64,000 nucleotides of DNA from Candidatus Woesearchaeota archaeon (GCA_937912225.1 CALDOJ010000035.1:10571-74570), one strand, 5' to 3'. Numbered from the stretch's first letter, positions 9,105 through 17,949 are shown. The notes: generated by a model not told the origin, from the letters alone. Program-made: numbers and translations.

Positions 9105-10268
9105 ATGTTCATGGTAGTTAAAGATATAGAGACTGGAGTTGATAAATTAGTTTCTTTAGTATCTAGTAAAAAAAAAATTGAGTTAGAAGAAGCGGCTAAT
9201 GAACTTGGCGTTAGTCAAGATGTAGTTCGTGAATGGGGTGAATTCTTAGAAGAAGAAGGAACTTTAACTATTGAATATAGTTTGTCAAAAGTTTTTTTTG
9301 TTGAGAAAAGGCTTTCTAGAGGTGAAGTTGCAACTAAAGTTAAAGAGTATGGTTCTAAAAAAGATGCTTTTGTTAGAAAAGTTGAGACTACTTTACAAAC
9401 TTTAAGTAAAGAAACAGAAGAATTTGAAGCTATTAAAGAACATTTTGCAGATTTAAAACACAAGATTGGTTCTGAAATGGATGTTGTCAAACAAGAACTT
9501 GATGAACTTAAACATTATGAAGATTTAAAACAAAATATTGATAATGATATTCAAAAACAGCGAGATGAATATCTTAACTTAATGCAAAAAGCAAGAGCTG
9601 AAATTAGAAAAGAAGAAGATAAATATACTGAAATTCTAGAACGAATTGGTAACGAGCGAGAAAGAATAATAATAGAAAAAAAGGGTGTTCTTAGAATTGA
9701 AGAACAAGAAGATCATCTTAGAAAAAGATTAGAGGCGATTAGTGGAATTGTTAAAAGTATTCAATCAAAAGTTGATGGTCAAAAAGCTTCAATTGAGCTT
9801 TCTGAAAAACAATTACAAAAATTAGAAGAGTTAGCTAATCATGTTGAAGAAAATATTAAAGATAAACGAGAAAGTGTTATTGAGCCATTAATTAAAAAAA
9901 GTGAAGAGCAAACTAATAGGATTGCTCAAGTTCAAGAAGCGATTATTGCAAAAGTTAAGAAAAAAGAATCTGCGATTGCAAAGTATTCTGAAGAAAGTAG
10001 AAAATTATCTGATAAATTCAAATTATTTTTTGATAAAAAAATTCGAATAGAGCAATTAATGAATAAGATTGAAGATGAAAAGCGGCAAATGGAAGAACAG
10101 CTTAAAGAGTTAATTAAAAAAGCAAAGACTTTCAGTTTAGTAGCTAATAAAACTGATGTTAAAAAGTATGTTGAAGATTTACAAAATAGGTTCAATCAAG
10201 TTGAAGAACGAAAGGATTTATTAAGAAAAAAAGTTGAACGTTTAACTCAAATCATCAGGGGAAATTAA
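9105..10268 (+). CDS. coiled-coil protein with N-terminal wHTH-like segment, embedded in the pilus locus
   Basis: 387 aa. N-terminus LEEAANELGVSQDVVREWGEFLEEEGTLTIEY, then about 300 aa of K/E/Q-rich heptad-like sequence. No enzyme motifs. Confidence 0.5.
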   Translation: MFMVVKDIETGVDKLVSLVSSKKKIELEEAANELGVSQDVVREWGEFLEEEGTLTIEYSLSKVFFVEKRLSRGEVATKVKEYGSKKDAFVRKVETTLQTLSKETEEFEAIKEHFADLKHKIGSEMDVVKQELDELKHYEDLKQNIDNDIQKQRDEYLNLMQKARAEIRKEEDKYTEILERIGNERERIIIEKKGVLRIEEQEDHLRKRLEAISGIVKSIQSKVDGQKASIELSEKQLQKLEELANHVEENIKDKRESVIEPLIKKSEEQTNRIAQVQEAIIAKVKKKESAIAKYSEESRKLSDKFKLFFDKKIRIEQLMNKIEDEKRQMEEQLKELIKKAKTFSLVANKTDVKKYVEDLQNRFNQVEERKDLLRKKVERLTQIIRGN

Positions 10269-10343
10269 TTTATTTCTAAAATAACTGTTTTTTATTATTA
10301 TACACTAAAAAATCATAAGTTTTAAATACTTTAAACTAATAAA

Positions 10344-11909
10344 TTGTTCTATAAAAAGAGGGTGAAGTTTTTGGTTGAAATAAAAGAGGAGAAAAAGGAC
10401 TCTAAAAAAGAGGAAAAAGTTTCTGAAAAATCAACAAAAGTAATTGAAGAGTATGAATATAAATCTAAGAATATTCCAATTACAATAACTATTTTAAAGA
10501 AAAAAGGAGAGTTTGTTCCTATTTATGATGTTGCAATTTCAAGTATTAGTCGAACAACAGAGTTCATTCTTGAAAAAATTCGACAAGAGCTTATCAAAAG
10601 AGTAAATCTTGGTATGGTTGAGATTACTGATGTTAAAAAAACTCAATTAGTTGAGGATAAATTTGAAGAAACAATTTCTGATTTGGTAAATAAATATTTT
10701 CCAGATTTGGAAGATGAAACAAAAAGCTTTTTGAAATCTTATTTGATTGGAAAGAGTTTGGGTTTGGGAAATATTGAATTATTGATGAGTGATGAGAATT
10801 TAGAAGAGATTGTTATTAACCAAGCCGCAGAACCAATTTGGATTTATCATAAGAATCATGGTTGGTTAAAAACAAATATTTTGCTTAAGGACGAAGAACA
10901 GATTAAACATTATGCTAGAATTGTTGGACGAAGAGTTGGTCGACAAATAACTGTTTTAGAACCATTACTTGATGCTCATTTATCAGAAGGCGACAGGGTT
11001 AATGTAACATTAATGCCTATTTCTACTCATGGAAATACTATGACTATTAGAAAGTTTTCACGAGACCCTTGGACAATCACAAAGTTTCTAACTTCAAATA
11101 CTATTTCTGGTAGAGCTGCTGCTTTGATCTGGATGGCGATACAGTATGAGATGAGTATGTTGATTGCTGGTGGAACTGCTTCAGGAAAAACATCTGCTTT
11201 GAACGTTATTGCAAACTTTTTCCCACCAAACCAAAGAATTCTTTCTATTGAAGATACGAGAGAAGTAAGACTTCCAAAGTTTTTACATTGGGTTCCGCTT
11301 AACACAAGGCTTCCAAATCCTGAAGGAAAAGGAGAAATTAGTATGGAAGATTTACTTGTAAATTCTTTAAGGATGAGGCCTGACAGGATTCTTGTCGGGG
11401 AAGTTAGAAGGAAAAGAGAGTCTGAAACCTTATTTGAAGCTATCCACACAGGTCATTCAGTATATGCTACTTTTCACGCTAACAATGCAGAAGAAGCAAT
11501 TCAGAGGCTTACAAATCCTCCTATTGATGTTCCTAAAATCATGTTGCCTGCAATTTCGTTAATAATCGTACAATTTAGAAACCGAAGAACTGGAGCTAGA
11601 AGAACTTTTCAAATTGCAGAAATTCTTCCTGATGCTTCTGCAAATGTTTTGATGCAGTATGATCCTAAATCTGATAAATTGTTGACTATTAATAATTCAA
11701 AATCATTCTTTGGAACTCTTAAATTATATACTGGTTATTCTTCACAAGAAATTGAAAAAGAGATTTCTGAAAAAGAAGATATTCTAAAATATTTAGTCAA
11801 GCAAAGTATAACTTCTGTTGATGGTGTTGGAAGAATAATTGCAGAATATTACACCGATAAAGATAATTTGATGAAGTTTGTTAAGGCCAACAAACCATTT
11901 CAAGAGTAA
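10344..11909 (+). CDS. type II/IV secretion family ATPase (PilB/FlaI/EpdL-like pilus assembly ATPase)
   Basis: Walker A AGGTASGKTSALN, Asp/Glu boxes SIEDTREV, Walker B-like RILVGEVRRKRE, His-box FEAIHTGHSVYATFHA. The start is uncertain: TTG 10344 in the track, alternatives GTG 10362 and TTG 10371 after AGAGGGTG. Confidence 0.85.
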   Translation: MFYKKRVKFLVEIKEEKKDSKKEEKVSEKSTKVIEEYEYKSKNIPITITILKKKGEFVPIYDVAISSISRTTEFILEKIRQELIKRVNLGMVEITDVKKTQLVEDKFEETISDLVNKYFPDLEDETKSFLKSYLIGKSLGLGNIELLMSDENLEEIVINQAAEPIWIYHKNHGWLKTNILLKDEEQIKHYARIVGRRVGRQITVLEPLLDAHLSEGDRVNVTLMPISTHGNTMTIRKFSRDPWTITKFLTSNTISGRAAALIWMAIQYEMSMLIAGGTASGKTSALNVIANFFPPNQRILSIEDTREVRLPKFLHWVPLNTRLPNPEGKGEISMEDLLVNSLRMRPDRILVGEVRRKRESETLFEAIHTGHSVYATFHANNAEEAIQRLTNPPIDVPKIMLPAISLIIVQFRNRRTGARRTFQIAEILPDASANVLMQYDPKSDKLLTINNSKSFFGTLKLYTGYSSQEIEKEISEKEDILKYLVKQSITSVDGVGRIIAEYYTDKDNLMKFVKANKPFQE

Positions 11910-11911
11910 AA

Positions 11912-12706
11912 ATGGAGATTTATAAACAAATATCTAAGAAAGTACCTGACTTACAACTAAAACTTACTCAGGCAAGGATGGCTGAGACTCCAGAATTTTA
12001 TGTTAAGAAAAATTGGATGACTTCTATCATGTCTACTTTTGGAATTTTAATTGTATTATTTCTATTTTTTGATTCATTAATGATATTTCTTTTGTTTCCA
12101 ATACTGTTTTTTATGGTTTTTTCTTACTTCATGAAATATGTTGATGTTAAGATTAAAAAGATTAATGCAGGTATTGGAGGAGAAATTGTGTTTGCAGGTC
12201 GGTTCTTGTTAATTGAGTTAGAATCAGGTGTTCCTTTATATCAAACTTTTAAAAACTTGGCTGAGAGTTATAAGCAAATTGGTCCTTATTTTCAAGCGGT
12301 TATTGATAAAGTTGATTTTGGAACTCCTATGGAAGATGCTTTGAACGAAGTTATTCTAACATCTCCTTCTTCTAATTTAAGAAAACTTTTGTGGCAAATT
12401 TTAAACTCTTTTAAAACAGGATCTGATGTTACTGTTTCATTGAATAATGTATTAGAACAAATCGTTCGTGAACATCAAATAATGGCAAAAGAGTATGGAA
12501 GGAAACTTAATCCTTTAGCAATGTTTTACATGATGGTTGCAATAATAGTTCCTTCATTAGGTGTAACTTTACTTGCAGTTTTGGGTTCGTTTATTGGTTT
12601 AGAAATTAATATGATTGTTTTTGCAGTAATAGTTATTTTACTTGCGTTTATGCAGTTCATGTTTTTGGCTGTTATTAAATCTTCAAGACCGCCTTTAGAT
12701 ATATAA
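11912..12706 (+). CDS. T2SS-F domain membrane protein (TadB/C, EpdJ/K, FlaJ-like), first of two
   Basis: 264 aa with a single T2SSF-type domain (FAGRFLLIELESGVPLYQTFKNLAES...LRKLLWQILNSFKTGSDV) flanked by TM helices. Confidence 0.75.
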   Translation: MEIYKQISKKVPDLQLKLTQARMAETPEFYVKKNWMTSIMSTFGILIVLFLFFDSLMIFLLFPILFFMVFSYFMKYVDVKIKKINAGIGGEIVFAGRFLLIELESGVPLYQTFKNLAESYKQIGPYFQAVIDKVDFGTPMEDALNEVILTSPSSNLRKLLWQILNSFKTGSDVTVSLNNVLEQIVREHQIMAKEYGRKLNPLAMFYMMVAIIVPSLGVTLLAVLGSFIGLEINMIVFAVIVILLAFMQFMFLAVIKSSRPPLDI

Positions 12707-12707
12707 A

Positions 12708-13958
12708 ATGAAACTAGATTTTATAAAAAAAATAGAGAAACTAACTTTAAGAAAGAAGTTAGAAGACGAATCTCCTACTAAAGAATCTCAACCTAATAAT
12801 CCTTCAAAGACTCCTAATTGGTTTTTTAATAAATGGTCTTTGATGAAAAAAACATTTGCTGCTACTGCATTAAAAAAGAAACTTTTAGTTGATGCTAAAA
12901 ATAAAGAGTTAAAAGCTTTACCTGACATGGGTGCTTTTTCTATTAAAAAAAATAAGAAGCCAAAGCATATAAAGTTACGTAATGAAAAAATAATTAAGAC
13001 TTTTTTAAAAAAAGCTGGTTTTGAATATGTTGATGAAAGAGAATTTTCAAAGTCTATTAAAAAAGTCTCTGTTGGTATTACTGCGGTTTTAACTTTAGTG
13101 CTAATTTACCTTGTTATTGTTGGGATTGTTGGCATTGGTCAATTCATTTATTTTCTTATGGTATTATTGACTTTGGGTCTTGGAGCTGTTTTTGGTTTAA
13201 CTTGGTTGGCTGTTTATGTATTTTTAGATGTGAGAATTTTTCAAAGAACTTTGGCTGTTGAAAATGTTTTTCCAGATTTCTTACAGTTGGCATCTGCGAA
13301 TATGAGTGCTGGAATGACTATTGATAAAGCTTTGTGGTATGCTGTTAGACCTCAGTTTGGAGTGTTAGCTAAAGAAATTGAAGTTGTTGCTAAATCAACT
13401 ATTGCTGGAGAAGATCTTGCTGCTGCTTTGACTGATTTTGGAAATAAATATGATTCTTTATTGATCCAGAGATCTATGAGTTTATTGATTGAAGGAATGC
13501 AAGCTGGTGGAAAACTTGCAGAGTTACTTTCAAAGATAGCCATTAATATTCAGGAAGCTCGTCTTTTGAAAAAAGAGATGGGTGCTAATGTTACTACTTA
13601 TGTCATTTTTATTAGTTTTGCAACTGTTGTTGCTGCACCATTTTTATTTGCTCTTTCAACAGAATTATTGTCTGTTGTTCAAAATATTATGGGTGGTATT
13701 GATGCTGGTTCTTCATCTGTTGGTGGTTCTTTTAATATGGATTTTTCAGGTGATTCTATGTCTATAGGGGATTTTAAGTTGTTTTCTATGTTTATGATAG
13801 GAGTAACGTCTTTTTTTTCAGCAGCAATTGTTAGCACTATTAAGAATGGTAATGTGAAAGAAGGTGCAAAAATGATTCCTGTGTTCATAATTATTTCTAT
13901 ATTGTTGTATTTTTTAGCAACTTCTATGCTTGGTGGATTAATGAGCGGATTTATCTGA
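12708..13958 (+). CDS. T2SS-F domain membrane protein (TadB/C, EpdJ/K, FlaJ-like), second of two
   Basis: 416 aa. T2SSF-type domain FPDFLQLASANMSAGMTIDKALWYAV...SLLIEGMQAGGKLAELLSKIA plus multiple TM helices. Confidence 0.75.
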   Translation: MKLDFIKKIEKLTLRKKLEDESPTKESQPNNPSKTPNWFFNKWSLMKKTFAATALKKKLLVDAKNKELKALPDMGAFSIKKNKKPKHIKLRNEKIIKTFLKKAGFEYVDEREFSKSIKKVSVGITAVLTLVLIYLVIVGIVGIGQFIYFLMVLLTLGLGAVFGLTWLAVYVFLDVRIFQRTLAVENVFPDFLQLASANMSAGMTIDKALWYAVRPQFGVLAKEIEVVAKSTIAGEDLAAALTDFGNKYDSLLIQRSMSLLIEGMQAGGKLAELLSKIAINIQEARLLKKEMGANVTTYVIFISFATVVAAPFLFALSTELLSVVQNIMGGIDAGSSSVGGSFNMDFSGDSMSIGDFKLFSMFMIGVTSFFSAAIVSTIKNGNVKEGAKMIPVFIIISILLYFLATSMLGGLMSGFI

Positions 13959-13978
13959 TTAGTATATTAATATACTAA
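13959..13978. repeat. perfect 20-nt palindrome TTAGTATATTAATATACTAA
   Basis: Starts 1 nt after the stop of 12708..13958 and about 85 nt upstream of the major pilin gene. The two half-sites are exact reverse complements. Confidence 0.8.
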
Positions 13979-14061
13979 AACCCGCAAAAATCGAAAGCTT
14001 TAAATAAGATAATGCTTGAAATCAAAGCAAGTAGTAATACTTATAAAAAATATTGAGGTGA

Positions 14062-14559
14062 ATGTATATGTTTAAGAAAGGACAAGCAGCAATGGAATTC
14101 TTAATGACCTACGGATGGGCCATTTTAGTTGTATTAGCGGCAATTGGAGCTTTAGCATACTTTGGAGTATTAGACACAGCATCGATGCTTCCAGAAAGAT
14201 GTGCGTTTCCAGCAGGAATTGACTGTATTGGAAAAGCAGTAGTAAGTGCAAATGATAATACTATAGATTTTGTATTGCAAAACAGTAACGGTGCAGCAAT
14301 AACAGCTGTTGCAGGAACTGCAACAACATCTGATGATTGTGCAAATGGTAATTCAACAGTTTGTGATGCGAGTGCAGGTGCATGTACTCCAGGATCAAGT
14401 AATATATCTATTGCAAACAATGGAAAAGTACGTTACCGAATAACTTGTGATAGTATCACAGCAGGAAGATTTAAATCTGATATATCTGTTCAATATCTTG
14501 ACAGTAACACAGGATTAACACTTTCAGCTAGTGGAAGTATCAGAGGAAAAGCAAATTAA
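14062..14559 (+). CDS. major type IV pilin candidate (class III signal peptide)
   Basis: M(YM)FKKG|QAAMEFLMTYGWAILVVLAAIGALAYFGV. Small (165 aa), Cys pairs in the globular part, own GAGGTG RBS, and an 18-T run follows. Confidence 0.8.
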   Translation: MYMFKKGQAAMEFLMTYGWAILVVLAAIGALAYFGVLDTASMLPERCAFPAGIDCIGKAVVSANDNTIDFVLQNSNGAAITAVAGTATTSDDCANGNSTVCDASAGACTPGSSNISIANNGKVRYRITCDSITAGRFKSDISVQYLDSNTGLTLSASGSIRGKAN

Positions 14560-14568
14560 GAATATTAA

Positions 14569-14586
14569 TTTTTTTTTTTTTTTTTT
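14569..14586 (+). terminator. oligo-T archaeal terminator (18 consecutive T)
   Basis: Uninterrupted T18 starting 10 nt after the pilin stop codon. Oligo-T tracts are the established archaeal termination signal. Confidence 0.75.
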
Positions 14587-14661
14587 AGTTTTTATTTCTC
14601 TCATTCTCCAAAAAGTTTATATAAATAGGGTGTTCTATATCTATTAAAAAAGAGGGGTTTT

Positions 14662-15498
14662 ATGGATAGAGACACTTTAGTTAAGAAATTAAAGAAGAAA
14701 GCCAATATTATCAGAAAAGATATTCTTAAAATGATTTTTAAAGCTAACTCTGGTCATCCAGCAGGTGCTTTAGGAATGGCAGATGTATTTTCTGTTCTTT
14801 ATTTTCATGAGATGGAACACGAGCCTCGTAATCCTTATTGGATTGATAGAGATAGGTTGGTTCTTTCTAATGGTCATATTTGTCCTGTTCGATATTCTGC
14901 AATGGCTAGAAGTGGATATTTTCATCCTCATGAATTAAAAACTTTGAGAAGATTAGGTTCTAGATTGCAAGGTCATCCAAGTTATGTTGATCTTCCGGCT
15001 GTTGAATCAAGTTCTGGCTCTCTTGGTCAAGGTTTAAGTATTGCTGTTGGTATGGCTCTTGCTGCAAAACTTGACAAAAAAGATTACAAAGTTTATTGTG
15101 TGATGTCTGATGGTGAACTTGATGAAGGTAGTTCTTGGGAAGCAATAAATGCAGCTCATAAATTTGGTCTTGATAATTTAATTGTAATTGTAGATAGAAA
15201 TTTTATTCAAATAAGTGGGGAAACAGAAGGTATTTGGCCATTAGAACCTTTAGATAAAAAATTTGAAGCTCATAATTGGAATGTTTTGAAAAGTAGTGGT
15301 CATGATTTTAATGAATTACTAGAGGTATTTGAAACAGCTAATAATTCTGATAAACCAGTTGTGATAATTGCAAAAACTGTTCCTGGTAAAGGAGTTTCTT
15401 TTATGGAAGGAAGATTTGAATGGCACGGACGACCACCTAACAAAGAAGAACTTAAACAAGCTCTTTTGGAGTTAAAAAATGGAGGTTCTCAAAAATGA
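14662..15498 (+). CDS. tkt: transketolase, N-terminal subunit
   Basis: GHPAGALGMADVFSVLYF...LSNGHICPVRY...GSLGQGLSIAVGMAL...VMSDGELDEGSSWEA, the TPP-binding N-terminal half. A split tkt is usual in archaea. Confidence 0.9.
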   Translation: MDRDTLVKKLKKKANIIRKDILKMIFKANSGHPAGALGMADVFSVLYFHEMEHEPRNPYWIDRDRLVLSNGHICPVRYSAMARSGYFHPHELKTLRRLGSRLQGHPSYVDLPAVESSSGSLGQGLSIAVGMALAAKLDKKDYKVYCVMSDGELDEGSSWEAINAAHKFGLDNLIVIVDRNFIQISGETEGIWPLEPLDKKFEAHNWNVLKSSGHDFNELLEVFETANNSDKPVVIIAKTVPGKGVSFMEGRFEWHGRPPNKEELKQALLELKNGGSQK

Positions 15499-15509
15499 AA
15501 CATTTTTGG

Positions 15510-15565
15510 AATGCTCAAAACTTAAGTTTTGGCATACAAAAAGTGACTTTTTGGAACTTCAAAAT
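15510..15565 (+). repeat. AATGCTCA-type multi-hairpin intergenic element, copy 1
   Basis: AATGCTCAAAACTTAAGTTTTGGCATACAAAAAGTGACTTTTTGGAACTTCAAAAT. Two consecutive hairpins (CAAAAC/GTTTTG and CAAAAAG/CTTTTTG). Lies in the 84-nt spacer between the two tkt halves. Confidence 0.7.
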
Positions 15566-15582
15566 TTCGTTGAGGTGGAATT

Positions 15583-16527
15583 TTGGAAGACTATGAATTA
15601 AGAGCAACTCGAAGAGCGTATGGAGATGCATTAGTTGATATAGGTGGTGATGAAAAAATAGTCGTGTTATCAGCTGATCTTACGAACAGTACTTGTACGC
15701 ATGCTTTTTCAGAATTATTTCCAAGAAGATTCTTTCAATGTGGAGTTGCAGAGCAAAACATGGTTGGAATGGCTGTTGGACTTGCACTATCTGGAAAAAT
15801 CCCTTTTGTATCAACTTTTAGTGCTTTTATTCCAAATAGAGCTTTAGACCAAATTAGAGTTAGTGTTTGTTATAATAAAGCCAATGTTAAACTTGCTAGT
15901 ACTCATGCGGGTTTGACTGTTGGAGAAGATGGGGCTACTCATCAAGCGCTCGAAGATATTGCTATCATGAGAGCTTTACCAAATATGACTGTTATTGTTC
16001 CGTGTGACTTTGAAGAAACTAAAAAAGCTGTAAAACAAGCTGCGAGCTTTAAAGGACCAGTTTATATTCGTCTTGGAAGGAGTAAATTACCTGTTTTTAC
16101 TAAATCTCATACTCCATTTCATATTGGAAAAGCAGAATTATTTTGGAAAGGAAAAGATGCAACTGTGATTGCTTGTGGAATAATGGTTTATCAAGCATTA
16201 CTTGCAGCAGAAGAATTATCTAAAGAAGGAATTAATATTGATGTCTTAAATTGTCATACTATAAAGCCTTTAGACGAACACAAGATTTTACATTCAGTTA
16301 AAAAAACAGGTTGTGTAGTAACAGCCGAAGAGCACCAAATTAATGGCGGGCTTGGCGGAGCAATTGCAGAATTATTATCTGAACATCATCCAGTTCCATT
16401 AAAACGAATAGGAGTTGAAGATAGTTTTGGAGAGTCAGGTAAAGCTGATGAACTGATGAAGAAGTACGGTTTGACTGCTCATGATATAGTTAAAGCAGTA
16501 AAGAAAGTAATTAAGAAAAAGTTTTAA
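15583..16527 (+). CDS. tkt: transketolase, C-terminal subunit
   Basis: RRAYGDALVDIG....VLSADL..ST....F....P.RFFQCGVAEQNMVGMAVGLAL...PFVSTFSAF. Pyrimidine-binding and C-terminal domains. TTG start preceded by GAGGTGG. Confidence 0.9.
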   Translation: MEDYELRATRRAYGDALVDIGGDEKIVVLSADLTNSTCTHAFSELFPRRFFQCGVAEQNMVGMAVGLALSGKIPFVSTFSAFIPNRALDQIRVSVCYNKANVKLASTHAGLTVGEDGATHQALEDIAIMRALPNMTVIVPCDFEETKKAVKQAASFKGPVYIRLGRSKLPVFTKSHTPFHIGKAELFWKGKDATVIACGIMVYQALLAAEELSKEGINIDVLNCHTIKPLDEHKILHSVKKTGCVVTAEEHQINGGLGGAIAELLSEHHPVPLKRIGVEDSFGESGKADELMKKYGLTAHDIVKAVKKVIKKKF

Positions 16528-16566
16528 ATACTATAACTTCTTAAATAAATTAGAGGGGTGCATAAA

Positions 16567-16728
16567 ATGGATTTTGGGGTTTTTTTATGGTTGTTAATTC
16601 TTACTTTATTCTTAGCATTTTATGCAGTCGCAACATTTTTAGATCATCGAAATCATGAACGAGAATATGCTGATATTAAAGAAAGATTTTCTAAAATTGA
16701 AGAACGATTTAAGTATCGAAAGTATTAA
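16567..16728 (+). CDS. small hypothetical membrane protein (53 aa)
   Basis: MDFGVFLWLLILTLFLAFYAVATFLDHRNHEREYADIKERFSKIEERFKYRKY. One TM helix, GAGGGGTG RBS upstream. Below the track size cut-off. Confidence 0.35.
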   Translation: MDFGVFLWLLILTLFLAFYAVATFLDHRNHEREYADIKERFSKIEERFKYRKY

Positions 16729-17187
16729 TTAAGCTATGTGATATTTAGAATAAGTTCGTTCTATTTTTCTGATTTTATCAATTCGTCTTCGATGTCGACC
16801 TTCACCAAACTCAGTATTAAGCCAAGTTTCAATGATTTCTTTTACATCTCCACTTTCAAATTCTTTACTTAGAACTAAAACGTTTGGATCTTCATCTTTT
16901 TTACTGAGACGAGCTTGTTCTTTGTTGTTGCAAAGTGCGGCTCTAATTCCTGGAATCTTGTTAGCGGCCATGCTCATGCCAATTCCTGAGCCACAAATTA
17001 GTATTCCTAATCCTTCTTCTTTTAAAACATTCTTGCAAACTTCAAGCGCTATATCTGGATAATCATCTCCATCTATGTAGTTTGGAGTTACATCTATATA
17101 ATGTTCCTGCATTGAAGAAAGTACTCTCTTCACCTCTTCTTTTAACTCGAAGCCTCGATGATCGGCTCCTAGGAAAATAGTTTCCAT
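16729..17187 (-). CDS. rpiB: ribose-5-phosphate isomerase B (RpiB/LacAB family)
   Basis: IFLGADHRGFELKEEVKRVL...GILICGSGIGMSMAANKIPGIRAALC..., the canonical RpiB pattern. Confidence 0.85.
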   Translation of the reverse strand: METIFLGADHRGFELKEEVKRVLSSMQEHYIDVTPNYIDGDDYPDIALEVCKNVLKEEGLGILICGSGIGMSMAANKIPGIRAALCNNKEQARLSKKDEDPNVLVLSKEFESGDVKEIIETWLNTEFGEGRHRRRIDKIRKIERTYSKYHIA

Positions 17188-17326
17188 GATTTAATTTATA
17201 TTTTACATTATAAAAAGCTTTTTGAAAATGTAGTGATATTTCCGATTTTTCTTAGCTAATTTTTATAAATTCTATTTTAAATTGTTTATTAACAGAAAAA
17301 TTTAAATAGTACGTTGAGGTGTACAA

Positions 17327-17593
17327 TTGAATATTAAGAAAATATTAGTTCCTTTTACGATTCAAGAAAAAATTGTTAAGAAACATAAAGTTTTCAGAGA
17401 AGAATTAGAAGCAGTGTTTTTTGATGAACCATATTTTTTTAAAACAAGAAATGATAATTATTATGCCATAGGATTCATAGGAGAGTATGTAACTGTTGTG
17501 TTCAAATTTGATGAAGGACAAGCAATAATCACAACTGCTTATAGATCTTCAGAATGGCAAAAAAACCTTTACAAGAGAAAATGCAAAAAATAA
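17327..17593 (+). CDS. BrnT-like (DUF497) toxin candidate
   Basis: 88 aa. KKHKVFREELEAVFFDEPYFF...YYAIGFIGEYVTVVFKFDEGQAIITTAYRSSEWQKNLYKRK parallels the BrnT pattern KHGV.F.EA..VF.DP....iG.....l.VV......iRIISARkA...E...Y. TTG start after GAGGTG. Confidence 0.5.
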   Translation: MNIKKILVPFTIQEKIVKKHKVFREELEAVFFDEPYFFKTRNDNYYAIGFIGEYVTVVFKFDEGQAIITTAYRSSEWQKNLYKRKCKK

Positions 17594-17949
17594 ATTTTGA
17601 AATTGATAAGAAAGCTTTTGATGGACCTTTTACTTGTCATGGAAAGACAAAGTTAATCTCTAAAGAGTTGGCTGTAAATGGTAACACTTTCCAATATGAA
17701 GTTTGGCAATGTTCTAAATGTAAAAAAGATTATCTTGATACAAAACAAGCAAAAAAAATGGAAACTATTTGGATTGCTGAAAAGTTATTGAATGAAAGAG
17801 CTTTGACAATGAGCAGGTCTTTAAATTTTGATGGGAAAATGTTCTTCTTAAGATTTCCAAAAGAATTAACAAAAACTTGGAATCAAGATAATTATGCAGA
17901 AATAAAAGTTGTTGATAATCATCGATTCATTGTTGAAGTTAAAAATTAA
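17554..17949 (+). CDS. putative antitoxin (zinc ribbon plus AbrB/SpoVT-like C-terminus)
   Basis: Overlaps the upstream gene. Has C..H...CSKC metal-binding residues and a C-terminal MFFLRFPKELTKTW...AEIKVVDNHRFIVEV swapped-hairpin-like segment. An alternative ATG lies at 17581. Confidence 0.4.
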   Translation: MAKKPLQEKMQKINFEIDKKAFDGPFTCHGKTKLISKELAVNGNTFQYEVWQCSKCKKDYLDTKQAKKMETIWIAEKLLNERALTMSRSLNFDGKMFFLRFPKELTKTWNQDNYAEIKVVDNHRFIVEVKN

